Source: Candidatus Kerfeldbacteria bacterium (GTDB taxonomy: Bacteria; Patescibacteriota; Patescibacteriia; UBA9570; XYC2-FULL-38-9). Taken from it: DNA of 64,000 nt. Below, piece by piece: positions 10,460 through 20,900 of the stretch. Numbering within the stretch: the stretch's first letter is position 1; the number at the start of each line of letters is the position of its first letter. The position numbers were made by a program, and so were the translations under genes. The notes beneath the pieces were generated by a model. It did not search any database. It had not been told where the DNA came from and was given only the letters and a program-made list of their open reading frames with translations. Where the stretch lies: assembly GCA_016182555.1 (NCBI GenBank), contig JACPGJ010000008.1, positions 92,272-156,271 on the forward strand, in the 5' to 3' direction.

Positions 10460-11614
10460 ATGGCAAAAACAAAATCAACGCTTTCACAAGCACGCATTGA
10501 ACGGTATTACAATAAAATTGTTGTGGCGTTTATCGCCATCGCTGTTCTGCTACTTCTCTGCATTGTCTATTTTTCATTTTCAAAAACAGTGATTACCGTT
10601 CACCCCGCGACCGTGAACCAAAACGTATCACTGAATGCAAAAACAGAAGATTTAGATGGTGTCGTTTTGCTTACGGAACTGGAAGATACAGCGACATTCT
10701 CTGGTAGCAGCAATAATGCATCTCACCTTGCAAAAGCTAGCGGCACAGTTACCATTTACAACAAGTACACCAAAGACCAACCGCTCGTCGCGAGTACACG
10801 ATTATTATCTGATAGCGGTGTACTCTTCCGCACCACAGAAACTGTAAACGTCAAAGCGGGAAATTCCGTACAAGTGGGCGTTGCCGCCGACCAAGAAGGA
10901 GCTGCTGGAAATATTGGTCCATCTCATTTTGAAATTGTAGCGTTATGGGACGGTTTGAAAGATGATATTTATGCGGAAAGTACGACAGCGATGACTGGTG
11001 GAGTGGTTACTGAATCGATATTAAGCCAAAGTGACATCGATCGTGCTGAAGCGACATTACGTGAAACACTAGAAAAAGAAGCACTTGACCGGTTCACTGC
11101 CGAGTTGAGTACACGAGCAGGGTTACCGGAGCAACCATACCTCGTTCAAGATATCGCCGTTGTTTCAAAAACATCTTCGACAGATGGTGCCGTTGGTGAT
11201 ACGGGTGACGAATTTCATGTCACAGAAAAAATCACCGCAGCAGCAGTTGTTGTCAATGGAAATACACTGCAAACATTTATTCAAGATCATGCACAACAAT
11301 CGATGAAGACTGGTTTTGCACTTGCAGATAGCGCAGAATCAGTGCTCAATAATGAAAAAACAGCCATCACCATTAGCACTATAAACAATGAATCAACAGC
11401 TGCCGAATTGGAAATGACCATTGAGTTGAATTCACAGTTAACTGATCAAAACAGCATTCTGGATAAGAGCGAACTGACGAATAAAACAGCAGATGAAGTA
11501 CGCGCATATTTAACAAATTTCGAAGAAGTAGATAGTGTCAATTTAACCTTTTCTCCGTTTTGGCTAAATCGCACACCTTCATTGAAAGATCATATTATTA
11601 TCAATATTCAATAA
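10460..11614 (+). CDS. Hypothetical N-terminally anchored extracellular protein
   Basis: A TM anchor (IVVAFIAIAVLLLLCIVYF) followed by a soluble domain rich in Thr/Ser/Val. Confidence 0.45.
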   Translation: MAKTKSTLSQARIERYYNKIVVAFIAIAVLLLLCIVYFSFSKTVITVHPATVNQNVSLNAKTEDLDGVVLLTELEDTATFSGSSNNASHLAKASGTVTIYNKYTKDQPLVASTRLLSDSGVLFRTTETVNVKAGNSVQVGVAADQEGAAGNIGPSHFEIVALWDGLKDDIYAESTTAMTGGVVTESILSQSDIDRAEATLRETLEKEALDRFTAELSTRAGLPEQPYLVQDIAVVSKTSSTDGAVGDTGDEFHVTEKITAAAVVVNGNTLQTFIQDHAQQSMKTGFALADSAESVLNNEKTAITISTINNESTAAELEMTIELNSQLTDQNSILDKSELTNKTADEVRAYLTNFEEVDSVNLTFSPFWLNRTPSLKDHIIINIQ

Positions 11615-11625
11615 TAGCTATTTTT

Positions 11626-13245
11626 ATGTTGAACAAATTTTTTATTCAAAAGTTCCTTCCCCTCTTCTTGGGGGTACTTGGTGTCACGAGTATCGTCCAT
11701 GGCGCACATGCTGCGACAATAAACATTGATAGTTCGTTAGCGCTATCGTCTACTGATTACCGCATGATCCACCATGAAATTGATGGCCAAGATTATCTGT
11801 TCGTTGCCGGTGGTGAAGATGGTGTGTTAATCTATGCTATTGCAGATTCTGGTGTCTCATCGAGCCCAACGTCAACAATCAATACTGCTGGTACAGCGGT
11901 AGATATTGCCGCCAATGGTGACTATTTGTATATTGCAGATTCATCTGCAGGAAGCGGTTTCAATACACGTGGTCACATGTTTATCTACAATATTGCTAAT
12001 CCAGCTAGCCCACAACTCACCTATGACTACTCAGTCAGTTTTACCAGTATACAAAGTGTAGAAGTCAATAATGCGGGTACTACGGCGTACGTTGGTGACC
12101 GATTATATGGTGTACATGTGTTAGATGTCGGTGATCATTCAAATCCCACAGAACTGAGCGTTTATGAAGATGGTTTATCAGCCATCGATATGACGATTGA
12201 TGGGAATACCTTATATATTTTACAATCGTTTTCTGAAGGCGCAACTGGCTATGTGTATGTACTGGATGTTAGCAGTCCTTCTAGCCCAGCAGCACTTGGT
12301 GGGGGCTCTATTTCCTATACAGCCAATGAGTTAGTTGTTCAAAATAATGTGCTCTATGTTGCCGCTGGAGCAGAAGGATTCCAAGCCTATGACTATACGA
12401 ATCCGTCGAATCCAACACTAACCGCCTCCTATGACACGACCGGAAGTACAAATGCACTCACCTTTCTTTCAGATAACGTTGCGATTATTGCAGATGGTTC
12501 GGGTGGAGTGGATGTATTGAGTGTTGCACAAGGCAGTGCGACGTTGCTCACCGAAAGCACACAAACTGAATTAAATACCGCAGTCGATGCCGTAACGGTT
12601 GGCGATCGTATCTTTATTTTAGCAAACGGCATCTATGAAATTTCACTTTCCTACTCATTTGATGTCAGCGGTTCTGCCAACGGTGATTCCGAAACCATCA
12701 CGGTAACAGAAAGTGGAAATGATTGGTGTACCATTACTGTGAATGATGGCACACTTGGTGCCCAAGCGTTCTTAGCAGATATGAATGGGGATGGCGTTAT
12801 GCATGAAATAGTCACGGCCCCTGTTGGTAAAACAAAACAACCACGGATGCGGTTGTATGATGTGGAATCGTGCGCACAACTTTCCAGCGTGAAATTGAGT
12901 GACTCTGATAAAAAACAACAGTATACCCTTGGTGTACAAAATTATTATACAACCAATGAAGCGAGTGAAATTATTGCGGCGCGCGTGTTTGAAAAAGATG
13001 ATACGTACCAATTAAGCTTGGCGGCGTATTTCGTGAAAACCGATAACACATTTTCAAAAAAAGCATCAATCACAGAAAACCCCACACAAAAAAAATTCTA
13101 TACAGAAGGATTCAAAATAAAGTTTAACACAGAAAAATCGTATCCGATCATCATTCAAGCGAAAAATAGCTCGGATATAAAAGTAAAATATCAACTGAAG
13201 AAAAAAAATGACGGATCGTTTACACTGAAGAAAAAAACCGCATAA
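11626..13245 (+). CDS. Secreted LVIVD-repeat beta-propeller protein
   Basis: Signal peptide (MLNKFFIQKFLPLFLGVLGVTSIVHGAHA) followed by repeated LYIAD / LYVAA / VYVLDVS / HVLDVGDHSNP units typical of LVIVD repeats. I placed the start at the internal ATG 11626. Confidence 0.55.
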   Translation: MLNKFFIQKFLPLFLGVLGVTSIVHGAHAATINIDSSLALSSTDYRMIHHEIDGQDYLFVAGGEDGVLIYAIADSGVSSSPTSTINTAGTAVDIAANGDYLYIADSSAGSGFNTRGHMFIYNIANPASPQLTYDYSVSFTSIQSVEVNNAGTTAYVGDRLYGVHVLDVGDHSNPTELSVYEDGLSAIDMTIDGNTLYILQSFSEGATGYVYVLDVSSPSSPAALGGGSISYTANELVVQNNVLYVAAGAEGFQAYDYTNPSNPTLTASYDTTGSTNALTFLSDNVAIIADGSGGVDVLSVAQGSATLLTESTQTELNTAVDAVTVGDRIFILANGIYEISLSYSFDVSGSANGDSETITVTESGNDWCTITVNDGTLGAQAFLADMNGDGVMHEIVTAPVGKTKQPRMRLYDVESCAQLSSVKLSDSDKKQQYTLGVQNYYTTNEASEIIAARVFEKDDTYQLSLAAYFVKTDNTFSKKASITENPTQKKFYTEGFKIKFNTEKSYPIIIQAKNSSDIKVKYQLKKKNDGSFTLKKKTA

Positions 13246-13258
13246 ACCTTCATCTATT

Positions 13259-15007
13259 ATGAATCAACAAGAATTAGATCATCTGCGTCACTCGTGTGCC
13301 CACTTACTTGCCGCTGCCGTCATGCAGCTCTACCCAGATGCAAAGCGCACCATTGGTCCGGCGATTGAAAATGGGTTTTATTATGACTTTGAATTTTCTT
13401 CCCCTATTTCTGAAAAAGATTTCCCAAAAATTGAAAAACGGATGCGAGAAATAGTGAAACACTGGAAAGGATTTGAGAAATATGAACTCACAGCTGAAGA
13501 AGCAAAATCGGAATACCCGGGCAACCCATATAAACACGAATTGATTGATGAATTTACTGCCAGTGGTGAACGGGTAAGTTTTTACCAATCTGGTGAGTTT
13601 CGTGATTTATGTAAAGGTGGGCATGTGGAAAAACCGAATGACGCACTGAAACATTTTAAACTGCTTTCTGTTGCCGGCGCATACTGGCGTGGAGATTCCA
13701 ACAACACCATGCTCACCCGCATTTATGGCACCTGCTTTCTCACAAAAGAAGAATTAGATCAATACCTTTTCCAAATAGAAGAAGCAGAAAAACGTGATCA
13801 CCGAAAACTGGGGAAGGAATTAGATCTTTTTACTTTTTCTCCATTAGTTGGTTCAGGGTTGCCATTATTTACACCAAATGGAACAATGCTTCGCGAGTTG
13901 CTAAACGATTTTTCACAAGGTCTGCGCATACAACAGGGTTTTCAAAAAGTATGGGTTCCTCATATTACCAAAAATGATTTGTACAAAATGTCTGGTCATT
14001 GGGATAAATTTGGTGATGAATTATTTTTAGTAAAAAGCCAAGAAACAAGCGACGAAATGGTGATGAAACCGATGAACTGTCCACACCATCAGCAAATCTA
14101 TGTTGCGAAACCACGGAGTTATCGGGACTTACCGCTGAAATATCTTGAAACTACCACCATTTACCGAGATGAAAAAGCCGGTGAGCTATTAGGTTTATCG
14201 CGTGTTCGGTCAGTCACCCAAGATGACAGCCATACGTTTTGTACTCCAGAACAAATTGAAAGCATTTACCAAAGCCTCATTGATATCGTGAAAAAATTCT
14301 ACGGAACTCTTGGTATGACATTTCGTGCACGCCTCTCTTTCCGCGACCCTTCGGCTCCTGAAAAATACCTTGGGGAGCCAGAGCTCTGGGAAAAAGCACA
14401 ATCTATTTTGTTGAATGTCGCGCAAATAAACAATTTAGATTATTTTGTTGCAGAAGGTGAAGCCGCATTCTACGGACCAAAAATTGATTTTATGGTGAAG
14501 GATGCTATTGGCCGTGAATGGCAACTGGCCACCCCACAGCTCGATTTTGTGCAACCAAAACGATTCGGATTAACTTATGTTGACGCAGCCGGAACAGAGC
14601 AAACACCGGTGATGATTCATTTTGCATTGATGGGTTCGCTTGAACGCTTTCTTTCTGTCTATATTGAACATACCGCCGGCGCGTTTCCCCTGTGGGTTTC
14701 TCCTCTACAGATGGCTATTATTTCTGTTGGCGAATCACACCGGGCACATAGTGAAGCGTTGGCTGCTGAATTTCGTACAGCCGGTATTCGCGTGGATGTA
14801 GATAACGCCGATGAAACAGTTGGAAATAAAATCCGAAAAGCGGTGAGAATGAAAGTGCCATATATGCTGGTGATTGGAGATAAAGAAATAAACTCGCAAC
14901 AGCTCATGGTACGCAAACGTGGTGAAAAAGAAGCCGCACCCATTGAAAAAGAAACATTTTTGAAGCATCTTGCACAACTCATCGCCGAACGTTCGCTTGA
15001 ATTATAA
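13259..15007 (+). CDS. thrS: Threonyl-tRNA synthetase, apparently lacking the N-terminal TGS domain
   Basis: HSCAHLL editing-domain motif near the N-terminus, class II catalytic motifs and a C-terminal anticodon-binding domain. Confidence 0.93.
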   Translation: MNQQELDHLRHSCAHLLAAAVMQLYPDAKRTIGPAIENGFYYDFEFSSPISEKDFPKIEKRMREIVKHWKGFEKYELTAEEAKSEYPGNPYKHELIDEFTASGERVSFYQSGEFRDLCKGGHVEKPNDALKHFKLLSVAGAYWRGDSNNTMLTRIYGTCFLTKEELDQYLFQIEEAEKRDHRKLGKELDLFTFSPLVGSGLPLFTPNGTMLRELLNDFSQGLRIQQGFQKVWVPHITKNDLYKMSGHWDKFGDELFLVKSQETSDEMVMKPMNCPHHQQIYVAKPRSYRDLPLKYLETTTIYRDEKAGELLGLSRVRSVTQDDSHTFCTPEQIESIYQSLIDIVKKFYGTLGMTFRARLSFRDPSAPEKYLGEPELWEKAQSILLNVAQINNLDYFVAEGEAAFYGPKIDFMVKDAIGREWQLATPQLDFVQPKRFGLTYVDAAGTEQTPVMIHFALMGSLERFLSVYIEHTAGAFPLWVSPLQMAIISVGESHRAHSEALAAEFRTAGIRVDVDNADETVGNKIRKAVRMKVPYMLVIGDKEINSQQLMVRKRGEKEAAPIEKETFLKHLAQLIAERSLEL

Positions 15008-15019
15008 CGGCTACTTCCC

Positions 15020-15790
15020 ATGTATACACGCATTTTATCACTTGCCCCCAGTAACACCGAAATTTTGTTTGCCTTAGGAGCGAAAGATCGATTGATTGGC
15101 ATTACAAATTTATGTGACTATCCACAAGATACTTCGCTATATCCACGTATTGGCAACTGGATTCACGAAAATGATCCAGCTGGGTTATCAGTGTTGGAAC
15201 CAGATTTGATTCTCACTTCTATGTCTATTCCGACGGTGGTGCAAGAATGGGCAAACACTCATAATATTGAACTCGTGAATTATGTTCCGCAAACGTTGGA
15301 AAATGTGTATGAAAGTATTTTTGAAATTGGGCAGTTGATAGATACCGTTGAAGAATCGCACCACGTTGTCCATGAGATGCGCCAAGAAATTGTATTGATT
15401 GAAGAATATGCTGCAAAACTCGGGCGACGACCGCGGGTATATACCGAAGAACACAACAACCCGCCCACGGTTTCTGCCAATTGGATACCAAATCTCGTAC
15501 AAATTGCTGGTGGAATTCCAATGGCGAAACCAGGGATATCCAGTTATGTCGTAACACCAGAACAGGTGGCGGAATTTGATCCGGATATTATTATTCTTCA
15601 TTGGTCTGGATTTGGGGAACAATCACAAATTGATGAAATAACACATCGAAAAGGTTGGGAACATGTTCGTGCTGTCCGTGAAAAAAAAATATTTACCATA
15701 CATGGTTCATTATTAAACCGTCCAGGTCCTCGCTTAGCGCATGGCGTAAAACGCGCACACGAATTAATTGCTGCGCACTCAGAAAAATAA
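15020..15790 (+). CDS. BtuF/FhuD-like (class III periplasmic-binding-protein fold) cobalamin/siderophore-binding domain protein, with no signal peptide
   Basis: ILSLAPSNTEILFALGAKDRLIG is the classic BtuF N-terminal block. No hydrophobic leader is present. Confidence 0.65.
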   Translation: MYTRILSLAPSNTEILFALGAKDRLIGITNLCDYPQDTSLYPRIGNWIHENDPAGLSVLEPDLILTSMSIPTVVQEWANTHNIELVNYVPQTLENVYESIFEIGQLIDTVEESHHVVHEMRQEIVLIEEYAAKLGRRPRVYTEEHNNPPTVSANWIPNLVQIAGGIPMAKPGISSYVVTPEQVAEFDPDIIILHWSGFGEQSQIDEITHRKGWEHVRAVREKKIFTIHGSLLNRPGPRLAHGVKRAHELIAAHSEK

Positions 15791-15795
15791 AAAAG

Positions 15796-15826
15796 TAGTC
15801 GCCCGGCAGCGGACGGCTACTTTAGG
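15796..15826 (-). terminator. Candidate intrinsic terminator (hairpin read on the minus strand, followed by a T-rich run)
   Basis: gtagtcgcc..ggacggctac stem with about 9 pairs, flanked on the plus strand by aaaaataaaaaa (ttttttattttt on the minus strand). Lies between the convergent BtuF-like gene and the lipoprotein gene. Confidence 0.45.
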
Positions 15827-15962
15827 CGTCCTCTCTCGCCTATATTCGATCAATAATGCACAGAGGCATCCTGATCGTTGCTATCGTAATTGTCAGAGTC
15901 AGAGTCAAAATCGTCGCAGTCGCCTTCTCCGGTTCGTGATACTGAATGACGATTATCGCCAT

Positions 15963-16277
15963 TCACCGCTCAAGTTCGTTGAAAAAAACTGCACATTCAC
16001 GAAACTCGTAAATGCCCATCTCCTCACGAACACCGCGAGAAGTGATAAGCACGCCAGAGGCCTTCCCCGTCCATGCACGGTCGCTGCGGACATTGAGGCA
16101 ATCAAAGTGTTGTCCATTTTCAAAATCACCTACCAATCCGAAGCCACCAGATGCGTTTGGATACAGCTCCCCATTGCTGAATAGCTGATCTTCAACCCGG
16201 CGTTCACACACAATATGCGCACAGCCGGTGAGGGAAAAAAGAACAAGTGCAGAAAAAAGAACATTATCAAGGTGCAT
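15963..16277 (-). CDS. Small lipoprotein (hypothetical)
   Basis: Starts MHLDNVLFSALVLFSLTGC, i.e. a signal peptide with an LTGC lipobox. I preferred it over the overlapping plus-strand ORF 15768..16184, which has an odd composition. Confidence 0.45.
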   Translation of the reverse strand: MHLDNVLFSALVLFSLTGCAHIVCERRVEDQLFSNGELYPNASGGFGLVGDFENGQHFDCLNVRSDRAWTGKASGVLITSRGVREEMGIYEFRECAVFFNELER

Positions 16278-16471
16278 AAATGACTTCCTCCTCGATGTTG
16301 TTTTGCCATTGAATTTACATACATTGTTATTCAATGTATATAGCATCGTATCACGATATATTTATTCGTCAATACATGATTGTGGACAAGTAAAATCAGC
16401 ATATATGTTATATTCAACAAAAGGCCATATTCATTGACCCAGCAAACCTATTTTGATACAGTGCGGGTACT

Positions 16472-17755
16472 ATGAAATATTTTTTGCATCCGCTTGGGTG
16501 TGCGACAAATAAAGCCGATGCCGAACGCATTGCGACTATGCTCGAAACCGTGGGTTACTCTGCCGCGGAAAGCGAGAAAGACGCAAATATTATTGGTATT
16601 GTCGCCTGCTCTATTCGCCAATCAGCAATCGACCGCATTTACGGCAAAGTACACAATTGGAATAAACGCAAAGACGCCGAACAATTAATCACCTTTGTTT
16701 CCGGCTGTATTCTCCCAGCCGACGAGAAAAAATTTTTAAAATTATTTGATTTGGTGGTGAAGCTTGACCAAGTTCCTCAAATTCCACAAATGTTAAAAGA
16801 ATATGGTGCAGTTGCTCCGCAAAATTTTTGGGAAATAAACCCACGCCGCAACTCCACTTTTAAAGCGCTCATTCCTATTCAAAATGGATGCGATAAATTT
16901 TGTACCTACTGCGCTGTCCCCTACACTCGTGGCCGCGAGGTTTCTCGTTCTTCTGCCGATATTCTTGCAGAAGTAGAACGTGTTCTCAGCGAAGGCTATA
17001 AACAAATCACCCTGCTTGGGCAAAATGTCAATTCGTACGGGTTAGATAAGCCGGGCGAAGAATTACATTTCGCACAATTATTAGACGCCATTGGAACACT
17101 AGCCGATAATGCGCCACAAAAAGTATGGGTGCACTATACCAGCCCTCATCCGCGAGATATGACTGCCGAAGTACTGGATGTGCAAGCGAAGCATCCATCA
17201 CTGGCAAACTATTTGAATTTACCGCTGCAATCCGGAAATAATGATGTGCTCAAACGCATGAACCGCCGTTATACTGTTGAACACTATATGGAAGTATTAG
17301 ATATGGCCCGCAGTAAAATTCCAACGATGACCGTTTCTACAGATATTATTGTTGGGTTCTGTGGCGAAACACCGGAGCAATTTGAAAAAACCATTGAAGC
17401 AATGGAGCGTGGGCGGTATGACTTGGCGTTTATCGCGCAATACTCCCCTCGTCCAGGTGCGGTGGCTGAAAAACGATTTGAAGATACTGTATCCAAAGAA
17501 GAAAAGGTACGCCGAGACAAAACACTCACTGAAGTGTTAAAACGAACAGCACTCGAAAATAATCAGCGTTTGGTTGGAAAAATTATTCCGGTATTGGTGG
17601 AGAATGCCAGCCGAAAGAGTGGCATGATGCTTGGTCGCAGCGAGGGGTTGAAGTCTGTCGAATTTGCTGGTGATGAATCGTTGATTGGACAATTTATTGA
17701 TATGAAAATTACACAAGCTGATTCATGGAGATTATATGGAGAAAAATATATTTAG
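16472..17755 (+). CDS. miaB: MiaB-family radical-SAM methylthiotransferase (tRNA ms2i6A/ms2t6A type)
   Basis: UPF0004 N-terminal domain with conserved cysteines, a radical-SAM CDKFCTYC motif and a C-terminal TRAM-like domain. Confidence 0.85.
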   Translation: MKYFLHPLGCATNKADAERIATMLETVGYSAAESEKDANIIGIVACSIRQSAIDRIYGKVHNWNKRKDAEQLITFVSGCILPADEKKFLKLFDLVVKLDQVPQIPQMLKEYGAVAPQNFWEINPRRNSTFKALIPIQNGCDKFCTYCAVPYTRGREVSRSSADILAEVERVLSEGYKQITLLGQNVNSYGLDKPGEELHFAQLLDAIGTLADNAPQKVWVHYTSPHPRDMTAEVLDVQAKHPSLANYLNLPLQSGNNDVLKRMNRRYTVEHYMEVLDMARSKIPTMTVSTDIIVGFCGETPEQFEKTIEAMERGRYDLAFIAQYSPRPGAVAEKRFEDTVSKEEKVRRDKTLTEVLKRTALENNQRLVGKIIPVLVENASRKSGMMLGRSEGLKSVEFAGDESLIGQFIDMKITQADSWRLYGEKYI

Positions 17756-18965
17756 AACATTACCAACATCTGGCGTGACTGAAGTGATGCAAAAAGCGGT
17801 CGCCGCTGGTTTTGCGTTTGATAATCCGGAATGGGCAAATCTTGGGCAAGGCGCACCAGAAGTTTCGCAGATCGATGGCGGTTTAGACCGCGTGGCCAAT
17901 ATTCCCAATGATCCCCTGCTGCAAATGTATGGCCCAGTATCTGGCCAAAAAGCCGTGCGTCAAAAAATTGCAGATTTGTATAATGCGCTCTATCGCCAGG
18001 GTTCTGCTTCAAAATATTCTTGGGAAAATGTGAGTATTTGTGGTGGCGGACGATTAGCGTTGGCTCGTATTGTGGCGACACTTGGGAATATTCGCCTTGG
18101 TAAATTCAATCCAGATTATACTGCCTATAGCGGACTTTTCGACACCTTTCCGCAGATTGAAACGGTAACGATGTCACGGGAAGGCTCAGTACCATCACCA
18201 AGACACATCAAAGAGCATCATCTCGACGCCGCACTGATTAGCAATCCCTGTAACCCAACTGGCGAAGTATTTTTTGGCGATGAACTAAAGCACTTCGTTG
18301 CATCTGCACGCGAAGAACAATACTTACTCATCATGGATGAATGCTATTCGAATTATATTTACACAAATACCAAGCAAAAAACCACGTTTGTCTCTGCTGC
18401 CGAATATATACAAGATGTCGATATTGACCCGGTACTCATTATTGATGGTGTCACCAAAACATTGCGTTATCCTGGCTGGCGAGTGTGTTGGGTACTCGGG
18501 CCAAAAGAAATGATTGCCCGTGTTGATGCGGCTGGTTCGTTTCTGGATGGCGGCGCAAATCATCCGGTGCAATCAGCAATTCTTCCACTACTCGAGCCAG
18601 AAAAATATCGCCAAGAAGCGCAAGCAATACAAAAACGTTTTCGAGAAAAAAGAGCGTATATGGTAAATCGTTTGAAAAACATTGGTTTAGCACCCACATC
18701 TGTACCAAATGGCGCTTTCTACGTCTGGGTAGATATCGCTTCACTTCCAGCGCCACTCAATACTGGCATGGCATTCATGGAAGCCGCACTCCGTAAAAAA
18801 GTGATTGTAATTCCTGGAGAATATTTCGATATCCGTTCTCACGCTGAGAAAAACAAAACCGAAAAATTATTTTCCTCATTTATTCGTATTAGTTATGGCG
18901 GGGATATGGTTACTTTGGAAAAAGGAATGGACGCTATTGAATCTTTGCTTTCAGCAACTGCGTAG
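17736..18965 (+). CDS. PLP-dependent aminotransferase, class I/II
   Basis: NPCNPTG substrate and cofactor loop, and a PLP-lysine context around TKTLRYPGWR. Confidence 0.8.
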   Translation: MEKNIFRTLPTSGVTEVMQKAVAAGFAFDNPEWANLGQGAPEVSQIDGGLDRVANIPNDPLLQMYGPVSGQKAVRQKIADLYNALYRQGSASKYSWENVSICGGGRLALARIVATLGNIRLGKFNPDYTAYSGLFDTFPQIETVTMSREGSVPSPRHIKEHHLDAALISNPCNPTGEVFFGDELKHFVASAREEQYLLIMDECYSNYIYTNTKQKTTFVSAAEYIQDVDIDPVLIIDGVTKTLRYPGWRVCWVLGPKEMIARVDAAGSFLDGGANHPVQSAILPLLEPEKYRQEAQAIQKRFREKRAYMVNRLKNIGLAPTSVPNGAFYVWVDIASLPAPLNTGMAFMEAALRKKVIVIPGEYFDIRSHAEKNKTEKLFSSFIRISYGGDMVTLEKGMDAIESLLSATA

Positions 18966-20442
18966 CCACTTCCGGGTTCACTTTTCCTTTTGTCGCTTTC
19001 ATCACCTGTCCTACTAAAAACATTAACGCTTTTTCTTTACCGTTTTTAAAATCGCTCACAACACTGGGGTTTTCTTCAATAATTCGAGTAACGACACCAT
19101 CAATTTCTCCTGAATCTGATGTTTGTTCCAGATTATGCGTTTGCATAATTACACTCGGGTCGCCACCTTCTGCAAACATCACACGCAAAATTTTCTGACC
19201 AGCAGTAGAATTGATTCGTTTTTCAAATACTAATGTTAACAATTCCGCAAAATTTTCTGGCGTAAATTTGATCGTCGAAAAATCCTGTCCGGTTTCCTTC
19301 AACAATTTAAAAACCTCAGACGTTATCCAGCCATTCGTTAAACGACCAATTTTTTGTCTGTGTGTTTTCCAAATTTCTTTCTCTGCACCTTCTTCTCCAT
19401 GTGTTGTATTTAACCAACCACGCAATTCAGAAATTGTTTCCTCAAAAAAATTCGCAATGAACGGTTCCGCACACAAAATGCGTGCATCATGATAACTCAA
19501 TTCATATTCTTGCTTCATTCGCTCGCGTCGTTGCGCCGGCAGTTCCGGTAATTCTTTCATCAGTGCGTCAATTTCTTTAGAATCACGCACGAGTGGTGGT
19601 AAATCTGGTTCAGGGAAATAACGATAATCGGCCGCATCTTCTTTCGTGCGCTGCTCTACCGTTACACCACGCTTTTCATCCCAACCACGAGTAGTCGTCA
19701 CTTGCGGGGCTTCATGTTTTTCCCACAACTCGGTCTGGCGCGCAATTTCATATTCAATAGCCTTTTCAATATACCGTGCAGAATTCACATTTTTAATTTC
19801 TGTTTTCGGGTATAAAGCTTCATCACCAATCGGTCGCAAAGAAATATTTGCATCACACCGCATGTGTCCTTTTTCCATGTCAGCATCTGACACTCCAATA
19901 TACCGCGCAATCTGTTGCAATTCTTGTATAAACACCCGCGCTTCTGCTGCTGTGCGAATATCAGGACAAGTCACTAATTCAGCAAGTGGCGCACCAGCAC
20001 GATTAAAATCCACTAACGAATTCCCTTGAGCATCATGTTTTAATTTTGCTGCATCTTCTTCTAAATGGATGCGTTCAATGCGCACATGTTTCGGCGTGAT
20101 ATCATCTGGAAAAATTTCCAAAAACCCACCCTTCACAATAGGCTGGTCATATTGTGAAATTTGGTATCCTTTGGGAAGATCTGGATAAAAATAATTCTTC
20201 CGATCAAATTTTGTATTCAGCTGAATTTCTCCATGCACCGCAATACCTAGCAATGTCCCCAAACGAACCGCTTCTTTGTTCAACTGTGGCAACGTTCCAG
20301 GGTGTCCTAAACAAATCGGGCAAGTATACAGATTCGGCGTTTCACTTTCACCATTCGTTGAACCACAAAACATTTTGCTTTTGGTATTCAATCGCAAATG
20401 AATTTCTAGGCCAATAATGACTTCATATTTCGCTGTAGACAT
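18934..20442 (-). CDS. gatB: Asp/Glu-tRNA amidotransferase subunit B
   Basis: GatB N-terminal signature (YEVIIGLEIHLRLNT..KMFC), then the CPICLGHPG block, and a C-terminal GatB/YqeY domain. Confidence 0.9.
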   Translation of the reverse strand: MSTAKYEVIIGLEIHLRLNTKSKMFCGSTNGESETPNLYTCPICLGHPGTLPQLNKEAVRLGTLLGIAVHGEIQLNTKFDRKNYFYPDLPKGYQISQYDQPIVKGGFLEIFPDDITPKHVRIERIHLEEDAAKLKHDAQGNSLVDFNRAGAPLAELVTCPDIRTAAEARVFIQELQQIARYIGVSDADMEKGHMRCDANISLRPIGDEALYPKTEIKNVNSARYIEKAIEYEIARQTELWEKHEAPQVTTTRGWDEKRGVTVEQRTKEDAADYRYFPEPDLPPLVRDSKEIDALMKELPELPAQRRERMKQEYELSYHDARILCAEPFIANFFEETISELRGWLNTTHGEEGAEKEIWKTHRQKIGRLTNGWITSEVFKLLKETGQDFSTIKFTPENFAELLTLVFEKRINSTAGQKILRVMFAEGGDPSVIMQTHNLEQTSDSGEIDGVVTRIIEENPSVVSDFKNGKEKALMFLVGQVMKATKGKVNPEVATQLLKAKIQ

Positions 20443-20474
20443 AAAAATAGATTACTATAAAGCCTGAACTTTGG

Positions 20475-20900
20475 CTAGAGGCCGGTGCTGCCGAAGCCGC
20501 CTTGTCCTCGTGAGGAAGTATCATCTACATGTTCTACCTCTTCAATCAACGGCTGCTCGATTTTTTGAATAATCATCTGCGCAATTTTTTGGCCAGCGGA
20601 AATGGTCGTTGATTCTGTACTTAAATTGATAAGCACAACCTGCACTTCACCTCGATAACCAGAATCGACCACACCAGCCATCGTTTTCAATCCTTCTTTG
20701 AGTGCTCGCCCACTTTTATCCCAAATCAATCCCGCGTATCCTTCTGGAATATGCATTGCCAAACCGGTTTTTATTGCACACCGTTCGCCGGGAGCGATTT
20801 GGAGTGTCTCTACAGAATACAAATCCATCCCCGCGTCTGTATCGTGGGCAAATTGTGGCAGCACCGCTTCGGGCACTAATTTTTTGATCAACAGTTTCAT
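20475..20900 (-). CDS. dut: dUTP diphosphatase
   Basis: dUTPase motifs AGMDL, GVVDSGYRGEV and C-terminal SRGQGGFGSTG. Confidence 0.9.
   Translation of the reverse strand: MKLLIKKLVPEAVLPQFAHDTDAGMDLYSVETLQIAPGERCAIKTGLAMHIPEGYAGLIWDKSGRALKEGLKTMAGVVDSGYRGEVQVVLINLSTESTTISAGQKIAQMIIQKIEQPLIEEVEHVDDTSSRGQGGFGSTGL

Noticed and set aside
15768-16184. 138-aa plus-strand ORF overlapping the lipoprotein gene
   Set aside because: Arg-rich with odd composition. The opposite-strand ORF has a clean signal peptide and lipobox and is flanked by a terminator.
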